A stretch of 63,772 bases of DNA, filler included, from Reclinomonas americana ATCC 50394 (GCA_048213135.1; 6 parts of 5 records of this genome joined end to end with filler, not necessarily neighbours in it); one strand, 5' to 3'; positions 13,066 to 26,956 are shown, numbered from the whole stretch's first letter. Notes: generated by a model from the sequence alone, not told the origin. A program made the numbers and translations.

Positions 13066-15000
13066 TCACATTGACGACGACCCTGCGCCACCAGCAAGCA
13101 TTGCTCGCATCTTCTGCGGTGACACCTTGACGCGAACGATGCAGTGCACCAAATCCTCCTCATCGATGTGCTCGTCCGAAAGGTGCGTGAGCAGTGTCAT
13201 TGCGCGGTCAAAGTTGGCCACAATCAGCTGCTTCTTGAAATACCGGAGGATGCCTGTGGTGTGCGTGGTAAGTCACTCATCCAAGTCTCATTCCTCAACA
13301 GCTTCAAACTGAACCGACCTAGTCCCACGCGACACAAGTACGGCAAGCCGTCGAGGAAGAACCGGTCCCAGATGCGGCAAATCACGTCGAGCGGCAACGA
13401 TCGACTGAAACATGTGAGGTACCTGTAGTGTTCTTCGTGTGAGCGACGAGAGAAAGAAAGAATACCTGCAACACATGATGATGATGATGTACGCAACCAC
13501 TCGATAATGTAGGTTGTTGTCTCCACGCCGATCTGCTTGAAGTGCTCAAACAGCTTTGGTAGTTGCTCTTCGAAAAAGAAGTCAAAGATGCGAGTGTGCT
13601 TCTCCAACTGTGCGGCGACGAGATAGGTGAGTGAGTAGTTGCGAGTCCGTCGCAGAGCTCTGTATCTCGCAGTGACACACACACACACATACCTCCTTCA
13701 TCTCCATGCGGAAATACGGCACAAAGTGGTACTTGCTCATCATGTTGGCCAGCACCACAAAAGCCTCGTACTCGTCCAGATGCAGCAGCAGCACAGCAGC
13801 CAGGTAGGACATGCCTTGCACGTAGCCAATGTCTGGTCTGTACGCCACGTACGTCTCCAGCAGCCTCCACAGCGGCTCATACATGGGACCGCCTTCTTGG
13901 AACAGGTTGAGAATGGGGAATGTGCGGGTCAAATCCATCATGATGATGCTTGCGCTGGCCTCTCGACTCGGACCGGTGGGCGACGGCATGGCGCCCGTCT
14001 GAGTGAAGCATGCAAGTGTGAGCCACTAATCGCTAGCAGCATCCAATCCTGGCCACACACCTCGCGATTTTCTCTTGCCTTGTCTCGCATGATAATGTAC
14101 AAGTCGTGCGTGATTTGCAATTCGTTGCCTGTTGTGCAAGTTTAGACTGCGAAGGCATTTCGCGAGATACTGACGACAGCAATCACGCACCGACAGCCAG
14201 CATCCATACTCGTCCACGCACAGATGGTGGCAAACCTTGCTTCCACAATCTCCGGACCTTGCGTGAGCGCTTCAGTTGCGGATCCCAGTTGGGAATGACT
14301 TCTGTTTTCCAGATTTCTGCCGCGTGAAGCATGAAGATTTCACGCTTCCGCATCCGCTCCTCGCGCTCCTTGGCGAGACGCTCCTCTGTTGTGCGTGTCC
14401 GAGAAGGAAAGCATGTGGGCGACAGAATCCTATCAAAGAACAATTGCAATACGCGGGGGGAGGTGGCGACGAACCCTTGCGTTGGAACTGCCGCTCCAAC
14501 TCCTTTTTCAGTTCGACGTGTCTCGTGTGTTCCTTTTCTGATTTCGGTGGAGCATCACTGATGTGGGTGGGAGGCGATTGTCAGCGACTGCGCGAGGCAG
14601 CAAGGAAAACAGAAAAGCTTGGAAAAAAGCACGCAACAGAGGTCGTGGGTTAATCGGCAAAATGGTGGACTCGGGTTGTGAGGGCGTCGTTGGCGCCTCT
14701 TCCTTGGCCTTCTTGAACAGGGAGGAGCTNNNNNNNNNNNNNNNNNNNNAACCACGAAAGTGAGTCTCGGCGCGATGAAGAGGAACTCTGTTGCATACGG
14801 CACACGCAACACGTCGCCTCCCGAGATGCGCGGCGAGACACCGACGCGCTTGATGTTTGGCCTGTACGACGGCGAGCTGCTACCAGCAACGCCACCAGGA
14901 GTTCGTGGAGCTGGGGCCGACGTGGAATGTCACTAATGCACGAGAGAGGGGCGGATCTGTGGCAGCGACGACAGCATGGAAGAGGAGGAGACAGCATTGA
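13066..15000 (-). CDS. TBC-domain RabGAP, TBC1D12/TBC1D14-like (start not resolved)
   Basis: LWKQGLPPSVRGRVW, IIMMDLTRTFP, YRPDIGYVQGMSY, EWYLTCFSRSLPLD, RIWDRFFLDG. Stop TGA at 13066-13068. Confidence 0.88.
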
Positions 15001-15814
15001 GGTGATGCAGCAGAGGGCATCATGATGACAAACACACACAAGAAAAACAAGGACGCACCACCCGTGCCACTGCCTGGATGACCCTCCTTCTCACGCCGCA
15101 ACAAAAAGAGACCGACTCAAGCAGAGAGTTGACGCGACAGTGGCAGCAGTAGTAGCAGCAGCTGGTTCACTGCAGCCACCACACACGTACACACAAATAT
15201 AGACGTGAGCACACATGTGCACAGACAGACAAGCTCAAGCAAAATTGAGGCATTCTTCCCGTGTCACACGAACATGCGCACTCTCACTCTGATCTACACT
15301 AGCGACGTGCCTGTGTCTGTCTCTCCCTGTGTGTGCGCGTGCGCGCGTGCGTGTGTGAAAGACACAACAAACAACGCGAGATTCAACATCAAAAAACCAT
15401 GACAGAGGGAGACAGAGGGACGTGACCAACAACCAACCAGATCACACACACATACATACATAGTAACACAATGTGTGTGCGAGGGAGAGAGGGAGAGGGA
15501 AGGCCAACTGTGGTACGGACGCACATGGCCGCGCGCCCAAGCACGCGCACACACACTCACACACACTCACTCACTCACGCACACGAGTGACACACGCACA
15601 AGAGAGACAGACAGAGACACACACACGTGCGCGCTTGGTGTCTGTGTGAGTCTCTCTGTGTAAGCGAGGCACACACCGTCGTCACGCGATGATGTCGTTT
15701 AATCCACGGTCTGCCTCGGTCAATCGATTGACGCATGATTGGCCACCGCGGCACCAGCATCGTTCAATCACAAATGTCGCCGACGTCCATCACTGGCCGT
15801 TGCGCGCTATTTCA

Positions 15815-18592
15815 ATGTCGACGACGACGACGACGACGGCCAAGGCGAAACGAGTTGCGTTTCATATTTTGTGCGCTGTGTATACGTGTTTGTGTTTCGC
15901 TCACAATGTGGTCGATCCAGCCGCGATCGGCGTCGACTGAGGTGCGGTGTTGGGCATCATTGATTGATCGCTCTTGTCGTCGACGAAGGTGATTGACTTG
16001 TGTTGTGTGTACGCAGCGACGACGTGGCGTTGGCGGAGATGCGGCCTTGTCGCCGTACAAGAACACATCGGTGCTTCGTGAAGTGCAGGCGGCTGCGTCA
16101 ATGCCGATTGCTGCTGCCGCTGCTACTGCAGCTGCGAGGCCGGCCAGCGCCGGTGGCAAGTCTCGCGCCTCTGCACGGTCTGTGTGTGTGTCGTTCCTAC
16201 AGTGCTGCGGGAGTGTTGCTCACTCGAAGTGACAAAGAGCGCTGATGATGTATCGCGGACCGGCTGCTCCCGATGTTCGTGTTCCGCGGAAGCCGCGAGC
16301 GGCCTCGCCTCCGGCACCGGTGCGTTCGTCGTCGCAAACCTCGTTGCGACGACTGTTCGAGCCGCCACCGCCGCCGAAGCAAGCACACATGCCACTGGTG
16401 ACAGCGAGCTCGTCGCGAGTTGCGTTTCCTGTTGTCGCGGCTTCATTTTTCCTCCATCGCATTGTGTTGTTGACGCACCGCCGGCCGGCCACAGTCGTTC
16501 CACAGCACCAGCAGCTCGGCCACAGACGACAGTGAGATTGCAGCACTGGTGCATGCCTTTCGTGCGACACGCGCCGCCACACAGGCGACCGCCGATGCCA
16601 CTCGTCGTCGATCGGAGCGAGCGGCCACTGCCGAGAGCATCAGCGTCCCAACACGGCGTCTACCGTCCGTGCGCCGATTCACGAGTGGCGATCAGAGTAT
16701 GCAGAGTTCGGGATCGGTGGCGACTGAAGTGTCGCCGACAAACTCCACATCTGCAGCGTCCAGTCGTGCCGCTGTGGCCTCGGCCGTCACATTTTCGTCA
16801 ACAACAGTCACCGCCACCACCACCACCACAACAACAATAACAGCGACGACGATGAAAGCGACGGCGACAGCAGTCAGCGAGTCGACGGAATCAGAGAAGC
16901 GAGTCGATGGCAAGAAAAAGTGAGTGGTTCTTTGCTTATGTCGTGAGACTCGGTGCTCATGATGCACACGCACAGATCGCGGCGAGAGGCTGCTCAGGCG
17001 CTCTCCATCGAAGTGGTATCACCGACGCAGGCACAGAAGCACGCACCGCATGTGTCCTCAGCAAATCCCGGCATCACAATCGCTGTTGTCGACAGTGATT
17101 CCACGCCGGTATGCTACTGTGCACCACCGAATTCAGTTTTGTTCTTCTGCGCACGTCAGCTGACTGCGTCTTCTTTGTGGCAGGTGTCTGCGGAGACTCC
17201 GATGATCATCCAGACACCACCACCATCATACACATTGTCGACGGTCACTGAAGCGCCATCGCTCTCCATCACAGTTGCGTCGACGGCGGGATTCATGTAA
17301 CTGCTTCCTCGTTGTCATACCAATTGCTCTTTACGTGCAGGGCATGCCATCGCAGCGCACACAGGTACCGCAGTCCACTGTGGTGGTACTACTCTCCCTT
17401 TGCGCGCACTCATCTGCGTTCGACGTGGTGCAGGGTCGTCGACAGTCGCTTTCGGTAGGCCCCAACGCACTCGGGCTTTTGTCGCCCTCATCACCCGGAG
17501 TTGCGTTTCACTGCGTGCCAAGCAGCGCGACCCTCGCACACACATTGACACTCTGCATGGGGGACGCAGAACGGAGGCACATCGGGACGCTTCAATCCAG
17601 ACTCGGCCCGATCGACAGCATCAGCGGTCGCCCAAGCGCGCCAAACGCACAGAACAGCGCGCATTCTGGACGAAAATGTGCGCACGTGGAGACGCAGAAA
17701 GACCTTCACAACCTCGCCGTCGTTGCTAATTTGGTTTAATGTGTGTGTGTGTGTGTGTGCAGTGGCAACCGGCCACCTTTACGCAAGAAGCACCGCTGGC
17801 GACGGTGATTACAGTGCGAGCGCGCGACCAGTCCATGCACGCCGCCGTCCCGCTCATGCTGGTGACCGCTGCCGACCTGCTGTTGAATTCCGCGAGTGCG
17901 ATTCCCGCCCCCTCGGCCAACAACATTCAGACCGACGACGACATTATGCGTGAGAATGTGATGAAGGACGCCATGCGTGCAGCAGCTGCGGCCGCCATGG
18001 CGTCCGCAGAGAGCCATTTGTTCCGCGTTCGCCGCGGATCAGTGATTGATCCAACGCAACAACGCCGTCTATCGATGGACGTTAGTCTGGTTCCCACACG
18101 TGTGCCGGCCGCCACCCTGCTGACGTCGTCGCATGCGGTCGACTTTGAGTGGCAGCAGTTTGCCGCCACACTACCACGCATGATACACGTGGACCTGGCA
18201 CGCTCCGAGGCACGAGTGTGGCGCTCACTTGACAAGAACGGCGAGTTCACCGTGTCGGTGCTTGGCGGTCACCAAGTACTGGCGTACGAGGTCGCGAGAC
18301 GGGTACGTGGTGGCAACATCGGCATCGCATTTGTCTCGCTCTGCCCCCCACTGCTGTTTCTGTTTCTGCAGACGGCCACGGATGGAGTAGACGGCGCCGG
18401 CGCCTTGCACGACATGGACTTTACATTTGCTCCACCGGCCACACTCAAGTGTCCCAGTATTGCCGGTGTGTGTGCATGTGTGCACTGTTCCACTTGTGAT
18501 CACACAATGCTCATCGTCGCGGCACAGATTGTCTCTTTGTCCTCGAGTGCAAAGTCGAGCGCATTGTGGAAGTCGATGAGAGATGGGAGATT
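15815..18592 (+). CDS. Uncharacterised multi-exon protein, 3'-truncated at gap
   Basis: Low-complexity N-terminal part, then a globular-looking segment (WQPATFTQEAPL...FEWQQFAATLPRMIHVDL...), with GT-AG introns. No stop before the Ns. Confidence 0.5.
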
Positions 18593-18612
18593 NNNNNNNN
18601 NNNNNNNNNNNN

Positions 18613-19586
18613 GCCAGTGCGCGCATCTCGTCGTCCGCCAGTCGGTCACGATCCTCCAGTCGCCGTTCGTCCTTCCAGCGTTGCATGCCGGCAGTGTGGA
18701 GCACAAGTTGGCGAGTGCGTTCGTCGACTTCCTCGTTGACTTTGCTTCGCTGGCCAGTGTACACGCGTGATTTCTGACCGGCGCACGGAGAGTGAGCGGC
18801 GCAACAAGACGCATGCATCGTCATCACACACACAGCGCACATACCACCAGTGTTGGCATGGCTTGACGCGCGGAATTTGGTGCGCTGATGTTGAGACTGC
18901 CGGTGGTCTGCACGCGCAAAAAGGCGGTGCGCGCGTTGCCAGACGACGGCGACACAGGACTCGATCGCCGACTCGGCTGCGTGCTGCTTGTCGCCGATGG
19001 TGCTTTCTGTTGTTGTTGTTGCTGCTGCTGCTTTTGAGTTTGCTGATGCTGTCCCGCGTGTTGCTGTGCGGTAATGGCCATATCCCGCGCACTGATACTG
19101 GCTGGTCGGTGGCCAGGAAAAGTGGATGACCGACCAGCAGCAGCAAGCCGGAGTGGCGGTACGACTTCGCTCCCACTCGCCACACCGCCATGCATCTCCA
19201 CGGACATGGTGGGCACAGAGAAATCCTCTGCCGTGACCATCATGTGCGGCGGCGACACAGGCAGCGACATGGAGGTGGTCATGGCGGCAACAGCCTCCCG
19301 AGCCGACAGCACCGCCGGACTGGGCGGTCGCGAGGCGTGGTGAGTGTGCAGATTGAGTGCCTTGTAGAGCCGATCCGCATGGCGCGGTGTCAGCATCTCC
19401 ACCTCCACCGACATGACCGAGTTCAAGTAGAAGCGACCTCTGTATCAGCAGCAGCATACAGTCAGTCACAGAGTGGTTGGTCGTCGTACTGGTGAGACAA
19501 CACACACAAGCACACACAAACCGTCGCACAAAGCACGGGGGCGAGCGTCCAACTGTGTGTGGTATAACATTGCACACCGACGCCTC
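18613..19586 (-). CDS. Coding fragment of unknown protein on a small contig
   Basis: RFYLNSVMSVEVEMLTPRHADRLYKAL... and KSRVYTGQRSKVNEEVDERTRQLVLH...DDEMRAL. Open at both gaps. Confidence 0.45.
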
Positions 19587-20264
19587 NNNNNNNNNNNNNN
19601 NNNNNNNNNNNNNNNNNNNNNNNNNNNNNNNNNNNNNNNNNNNNNNNNNNNNNNNNNNNNNNNNNNNNNNNNNNNNNNNNNNNNNNNNNNNNNNNNNNNN
19701 NNNNNNNNNNNNNNNNNNNNNNNNNNNNNNNNNNNNNNNNNNNNNNNNNNNNNNNNNNNNNNNNNNNNNNNNNNNNNNNNNNNNNNNNNNNNNNNNNNNN
19801 NNNNNNNNNNNNNNNNNNNNNNNNNNNNNNNNNNNNNNNNNNNNNNNNNNNNNNNNNNNNNNNNNNNNNNNNNNNNNNNNNNNNNNNNNNNNNNNNNNNN
19901 NNNNNNNNNNNNNNNNNNNNNNNNNNNNNNNNNNNNNNNNNNNNNNNNNNNNNNNNNNNNNNNNNNNNNNNNNNNNNNNNNNNNNNNNNNNNNNNNNNNN
20001 NNNNNNNNNNNNNNNNNNNNNNNNNNNNNNNNNNNNNNNNNNNNNNNNNNNNNNNNNNNNNNNNNNNNNNNNNNNNNNNNNNNNNNNNNNNNNNNNNNNN
20101 NNNNNNNNNNNNNNNNNNNNNNNNNNNNNNNNNNNNNNNNNNNNNNNNNNNNNNNNNNNNNNNNNNNNNNNNNNNNNNNNNNNNNNNNNNNNNNNNNNNN
20201 NNNNNNNNNNNTGTCCGCATAAATGATAAGACATGAAGCACCGCGAATTTATACTGTGCTGGTC

Positions 20265-22530
20265 TCAGAACAGGTCCAGCTGCTCAAAGAACGTCAGCAT
20301 GCCCTTGGCACGCATGTTCCACAACTTGATGCAGCGGTCCGCCGAACCAGTGGCCAACTGCACCATATGCACGTTAGCAAAGGCAGAGGAATGCGAGACA
20401 CCCACGGCACCAACTCACCACATGTTGATGTGTGGCAAATGCACAGTCATAAATGCCGCCGCCGTGAGCACGGAAACGTACCACTGGCTCACCCGTGGCC
20501 ACCGTGTGCACACTCATGTAGTTGTCGAGGCCGACGGTGAACATGAGTGAGTCCGTGAACTGTGAGAGCACGACGTGAACATCTTCTTGCACATTCAGCA
20601 ACGGGGGTGAGCATGCATAGCCAACATACCTCGATTCCGTGCACTGCGCCACTGTGCACATTGAAGGATCGAAGAATGGCATTGTTGAGGCGCCAATCGC
20701 GCAGCTGTGCACAGACATGCAGTGAGCGGCGAAGCACTCTCAACTGTGCCCTTTCCCTTTCAGTACGCACCTCGACAACACCATCGCACGACGATGAAGC
20801 AATCTGGTTGCCAGTGTCGGCGAGTTTCAGTTTCAACACTGAACTCGTGTGTCCTCGGTAGAGGCTCACACAGTGGCCACTCCGCATGTCCCAGATCTGC
20901 ATCAACGAGGTACTGCATGAACGCATACTCTTCCAGTGCAAACAATGGTTTGTGATCGCACCTTGACACGTCCGTCGTCTCCAGCCGTGGCCAACAACTC
21001 GCCGTCTGAGTTCGGCACAAAAGACGACGTGTAAATGTTCATGGAGTGCGCCGCCTCCAGTGTCGTGACCGCCTGAACACGAAAGGAAAAGAATTATGAG
21101 AAGGCACACAGCGTGCATGGGAGTCGATCGCCGTGCACACCTTGCCCGTCTCCACATCCTGCAAGTAGATGCGCCGGAAACCACCGTATGCAACCTGATT
21201 GCAATGCGTACTCCAGGCCACCGTGCGCAGACACTCGTTCGAGCGGCCAGTGAACGTTGCCATGCATTGCAACTGCATCCGGTTGGCATGTGAATCATAA
21301 CGCACATCCATGGATAACACAAACACATCGCACGTACTTCTCGAATGTTCCACACACGCATGGTGCCATCAGCCGATGCCGACGCCAGCAAATCACCTGC
21401 GCGTCAGTGATGAACACACTGCAACTGAACAAGAGCAGGGGAGAGCAGCAACAGCGCACCAGCAGAGTTGAAAGCAATGTGATGGATGGCCGCGGAATGC
21501 CCAGTGAATACGTGCAACTTCAATGCCTCCTGTGTTATAAAAGAAAAAATGAGTCACAGAGGGAGGAACAACGGAGATGACTGACAACGCACCTTGCCAG
21601 CTGTGCGACATTCAAATTGTGCCCATGATCAAGCAGTACATGCGTGAGTGATACGGAAAAAATGAACTCTTCAATGAGTAGTGAGTTCTGGGAAGCTCAC
21701 CAACATTCCACAGAATGATTTCTGCATACAAGACCATGAGCACGAGTAGCGAAACGTAGCACAAGACAGGCACGCTGCGCAACTCTCGTCATTGCCACCG
21801 GAGCACATGAAGACCTGATCGATGGGGTTGAAGGCCAGTGTGTACACAATGCCACCATCTGTAGAAAACGCGGCGTGAGCGCATGCTTGTCACGAGAAGT
21901 ACAGGGCCACACGCAACGTCCACGACATGTAGACATCAGCATGTCCTTTGGTGTAATGTGTGGTCTGGGCAGTGGATCGTCGGTCGCCATAAACGTCTGG
22001 TTGCGAAACATGCTGGAGCCGGCGGTGCCGACGACGGTTCGGTGAACCGTGGTGTCGGCTGACTCATCGAACCACACATGACTTGGTGAGCCGAGCTCCA
22101 TCCCTGGTGGGGCCAAAGAAAAAAACGATGAGCAAGACACGCCACATACAGAAGCACAGGTCAACAGACGCAGCAACACAGACCAGGAAGGTTGCAGGGA
22201 ATGTTGAACTCGGTTTCCGAGTCGGAGTCGTCGGTTGTCGACGATGCTGTTCCTGACGGCGACGACGACAAGAGAGCCGACTGTGGCACAAGACGATGAG
22301 TGCAACAGCACAGCAGCAACAAGCAGCATGGAGCACTCCACAAACATCGCCAGCTGGTGTTGCTGGCGGCAGCGATGGCGGCGACAGGACAATGCCAGTG
22401 GGTGGGCTCTTGATGGTGGAGGAGCGTGGCGATACCTTGGCCGACACGCATCGACTGGGTGTGTACTTGAGGAAGGCAACATCAGTTGACGCGCGGTCCA
22501 GGAACTGCACACGGTGCGGTGAGCGAGGCA
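20265..22530 (-). CDS. WD40-repeat protein (5' end near scaffold end)
   Basis: Repeated GH...WD-type units: SGGNDEKIILWN, LASASADGTMRVWN, IWDMRSGHCVSLYRGHTSSV, LATGSADRCIKLWN. Stop TGA at 20265-20267. Confidence 0.88.
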
Positions 22531-22649
22531 ATCGCGATGAGGGAATCAGCAGCAGTAAAAGCGTGCTAACGCACCGACTGGCTGTGAATCATGTCTTGCC
22601 CGGAANNNNNNNNNNNNNNNNNNNNNNNNNNNNNNNNNNNNNNNNNNNN

Positions 22650-22661
22650 TTAATTAATTAA
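22650..22661. other. Artificial scaffold linker TTAATTAATTAA in N padding (also 49179-49190, 58588-58599, 60631-60642, 62096-62107)
   Basis: The same all-frame-stop 12-mer, flanked by about 44 Ns each side, occurs five times. Confidence 0.97.
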
Positions 22662-22911
22662 NNNNNNNNNNNNNNNNNNNNNNNNNNNNNNNNNNNNNNN
22701 NNNNNTGTTTTTCTTTTACGCGCACGTGGTGGAGACGGAAGCAAGGTGGCACCGGAATACTATTTGCCGTGTTTGTGGATGTGCGTGCCGCTTGTTATTT
22801 TGTCGGTGTGAGGGAAAGGGAGATTGGGGGAAACGTCAAAGTGTACACACGCGATTCATGATATTGAAAGAGAAAGAGAGAGATAAACAACAATTTGTGT
22901 TTCTGCATGGC

Positions 22912-25176
22912 CTAACTTGCAGTCGGGTGGAGGGGTTGTCGCTTGGCGCGCTTGGAAAGGCCCACTCGCCGTGGACAACACAACAAGGAGGAGGTGACCG
23001 ACGTCGGCCCAGTGTTCTCCATGCCGAGATGCAAACCGCCAGGGGGTACCAGCCGTGGAACCTTGGCCATGGACAGCAGTTTGGATTTCGAGGCTGCTGG
23101 CCACAGTGAGCAAGAAATCAACAAGTAGCAAGGAAGACAACTCACCTCCACCCGATTCCGACAGCGACGGGAGAGCACGGATGCCGCCAGCTCGTCGAAT
23201 GGGTACCATTGGTGGCGCCAGAGGCGACTCGGGTGCGAAACCTCGCGGTGACAAGGCCATGGAGGAGGCGAGCGCGGTGGCCATTTCGTGGTGGTGGTGC
23301 ATGGAGTTGACCGTGGTCATCATCTCCAGCGAGAACGACGCCGCCGCCGATGCCGACAAGGAGGACGGCGACAATGCGTCGTCCATGGGCACGTCCACCG
23401 CCGTCTCTGCTGGTGACTCTGTTCGCGGCGGCGGCGGCGGTGGTGGCATCGAGGCTGGAGGCTTTTTCTTCTTTGGCGTCGCTCGTGACGGTGGTGGCGG
23501 TGGTGGCGGTGGTGGAGGCGCTGGTGAGGGAGGGAGAGGCAGCTGCTGTGGTGGAGGCTCGTCGAGTGGAACGGCCAACGTGTCCGAGCTCGCACTGCCT
23601 TTCTTCCCCGCCTGCACAAACACACATGCGTCAGCATACCAATCGCACATACGAGACGTGTGGCTCTCTTGCTGCGTCACCTTGCCACTCTTTCCCCTCT
23701 TCCCGCCCTTGCCGCCTCGTTTGCCACCGCCGCCATCCTGTAATGAAGACGGCACCTGTGCCGCATCTCCACTCTGCACAGAAGAGTGAGGGCCCGCACG
23801 AGCCATGTGCACATGATAATGATACACACACCTGATTAAACACGGAGGATAGACTCCTGGCCGCGGTAATGGGCATTCGAATAGCGCTCTTGAGAGGGAT
23901 GGCGGTCGCATGGTGTGGCGATTTCCGCATCGGCGGTGTAAACTGCAACAACTCGCCATCCGCACAATCGGCAAACACCACCCGCCGCTTCGGTGGTGGC
24001 GGCACAGCAGGCTCTGCTGCTGGCGCCACGTCCTCCTCCTCGGCTGCTAATGGCGGCAGAGGCGGAGGAGTTCGAGACAGCAGCGGTGGTGGGCGCGCCG
24101 GCTTATCCGGCGACACTGGTGGTGAGGGCGCATTCAACGCAGCCGCCAAATCCGCCACCGGCGACGGCGCCGACGAGCACACCGTCATCGCCTCGTCGTC
24201 ACCGTCATCACTCTCATCCTCGCGCTCCTCCTCTCGCGGCTCACCGACGCGAGGGGACTTCACCGCCGGCAGATTCGGCATCGAGCAAATGAGCTGCGAA
24301 GGAGACTCTGTGGTGGCGGCAAAGAGTGAGGCGAAAGCGCAAGACTGCACAGTCTGCTTGTGGGGCTGTCTGAATCCTCTCTGTCTGTTGCTCCCTGTCT
24401 CTGTCTGTCTGCGTGTAAGAGAACCTCTTGTGTGTGTCTCTCTCGGGTGCAAGCGTGTGTGAGAGAGAGACAGACAAGATGAAAGACAGACAGAGAGCAA
24501 CAAAAGAGAAGACTTGCTTCTCTCTCTCTCTGCATCTGTCTGCGTGTCAGAGTGCCCTTCCTCGTATCCCTCTTTCTCTTCTGTCTCTCTCTCGGGGACC
24601 AGTTGAGAGAGACAGGCAAGATGATAGACAGAGAGAGAGAGAGATGGAGACTGTTGGCCTGCTTCTCTCTCCCTCCCTCTCCCCCTTCTCTCTCTTCCCC
24701 CCCCTCACCAGACTCCGGCTGCGTCTGCAACTCCAACTCGACAAACGCCGCAGTCACTGGCGGCACCAACGGACCGACCAACCGCGGTGGCGGCAATGGC
24801 GGCAACGGCGGCAACAGCGGCATCATCATCAAATTCATCAGCAATGCATCATCAGACGAGCTCTCCTCCTCATCACTGCTGCTCATTGACAGCAAAGAAG
24901 GAGTCGGTCGTGGTCTCTTGAGTGTCGGCTGCACAGTGCACTCTGTCTCCATTTCCTCATCCACTGCGCGCTTGTGACCGCGACGATCGCCTGTGTGGGA
25001 GAGAGAGAGAGAGAAATGAGATGTGTGTGTGCGTGTGTCACACACAAAAGAGAGTGCGCGCGCACCAGTGTCATCTGGTTGGTCGACCTCCATGGCACTG
25101 TCACACAACACACAAGAAGTGAGCGCGCGCGCACACACACACACGAGTGCACAACAACACACCCTTCACTCTCCAT
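22912..25176 (-). CDS. Low-complexity Pro/acidic protein with C-terminal RAD51AP1-like motif
   Basis: Exons join in frame (QPES|ESPSQLICSMPNLP; SESGG|AASKSK). Ends RRVGLSKRAKRQPLHPTAS*. Confidence 0.6.
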
Positions 25177-25359
25177 CGCGAACGAGCGAGAGAGCGCGCG
25201 CGCACACACAACACACACACAACACAAACAAAAAGAGAGAGGAAAAGGGCGCGTGCACAGACGGTTCAAACGACAAACAGGGTTTGCTTGCGCTCGAGTT
25301 TGCGGGTGGCTCGCGCAAAAGGACATCGTCCCACACTTCGACGTTCTCGCACTTTGCAC

Positions 25360-26847
25360 ATGAGAGAATTGATCGTCGTCGCCTTCCTGCTCGCGCTCTG
25401 TGCATGCGTGCACACTGCGAGTGCCTCGTATGCGCAGATCAGTGACACGAACTTTCCGATTGGCACAGCAGCCACACCAGTGCGGAGAAATGCTCTGTGT
25501 GTGAGAGAAGAAAGACAGTCTCTCACTCTTGCTCTTGTGTGTGGGTGTCTTTCGCAGCTCTCCAGTGTGATCAACTGCTCTGTGCGTGGCACCAATGGCG
25601 AGCAGCAGGGCTTTTGCTGGATCTCTGTGCAAGGTGCAATGAGACGCACTGGTTCTTTGTCATGTCTTCCTCTCATGTTTGTGAGGCAGTGTCCAACATG
25701 AGCAACGACTGGCAAGTGTCTCTCTCGCCCGCATTTGGTGGCTCACCAGCCTTTACTTGCAATGTCGATCTGTGTGGCAACAATATCACGTTCACTGAGT
25801 GGGTCAATGTTGAGTCATTCTCCTCCTTCTCGGTTTTTTTTTTTTGCTGCGTTTGGTTGGTTGGTTGCTCATGGCGCGTGGTGAGTACGTAGGTCGGTAA
25901 CCCGGGCAACTATCGACTCACTGCGCAGTCGACCTCGGGTCAATCGACGAGCATCTCGATCAATGCCACGATCACCAATGGTGAGACAGTGTCAAGACGA
26001 CAAGTCCGTTCTGTGTGCACGCTGCAGTCAGCCACTGGAGGCTTGGATACTTCAGCATTCTCTCTTCTTCACCATATTGCCTGTTGCATGCTGCTCTCAT
26101 CCACTTGCCTGCAGCGTTCACTCTTCTTCTTCCTCTCTTCCGTTGCATGCTGCATCATCCTCTCCACTGTGCTGTTACTCTTGCTGCAATATCAACACAT
26201 TTCTCTCTCCTTCTTCGCTCCTCTTGTCCTTTTGCATGTTGCATTCATCCACCCCTCGCTCCAATCCTTCCGCGTTCTCTCTTCTTCTTCGATCCTCTCG
26301 TCCGCTGCATGTTGCATCCACCCAATCGCCTGTGTTGCTTCCTACGCTCGGATTCTCTCTTCTTCTTCGCCCTTTTGCCCATTGCATGCTGCGCCAATCC
26401 GCTCGCCTGTGCTGCTGCTAACGCTGCGACATCAACACATATTCTCTCTCTGCTCCTTCGCCCTCTTTGTTGTTGCATGTTGTATCCACCCAATCGCCTG
26501 TGTTGCTTCCGACGCTCGGATCTCTCTTCTTCTTCTCTCCCTCTCATCCGTTGCATGCCGTGTCCATTCACGAGCCTGTTCCTCTGATTTCTCACCACGC
26601 GCCCATCGCCTTCATCACCCCTCCGCCCTCGAAACTCCATTGCTCATCTCTCCTCTCCTCCCCCTCCTCTTCCCGTTCCCCTTTCCCCCTCTCCTCTCCC
26701 TCCGCAGAGGTCTGCTCGGTCCCCACTGGCAACCCAGTGCCTTCGGGCGTCGCGGCCTGCGGCTCCGGCAACTCGGCCGCCTCCGCCTCGCCCTCACTGC
26801 TCACCGGCTTTGCTTTTGTGCTGCTCACACTGCTCTTCTTCGCGTAG
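25360..26847 (+). CDS. Secreted, probably GPI-anchored small surface protein
   Basis: Signal peptide MRELIVVAFLLALCACVHTASA, Cys-containing beta-rich body, last exon 26708-26847 ending GNSAASASPSLLTGFAFVLLTLLFFA*. Long intron 25981-26707. Confidence 0.65.
26080..26570. repeat. Degenerate intronic minisatellite
   Basis: Recurrent GTTGCATGCTGC, and two copies of ATCCACCCAATCGCCTGTGTTGCTTCC(T/G)ACGCTCGGAT at about 26316 and 26484. Confidence 0.7.
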
Positions 26848-26956
26848 AAAGAATGAAAGAGAGAGAGAGCGCGCGTTGGAGTAAACAATGCATGTCGCAC
26901 GAAGTCGAACGCCTGTCCTCTCAAGTTCGGTTTCCTTCTTTCTCCACACGCGCTCG

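Noticed and set aside
22650-22661. Repeated TTAATTAATTAA palindrome as a biological element
   Set aside because: Always embedded in fixed-length N padding, so it is an artificial contig linker. Gene order across it is not real.
25989-26700. Mucin-like repeat coding region in the GPI protein
   Set aside because: A phase-compatible GT..AG intron 25981-26707 removes it, and the repeat frames are inconsistent.
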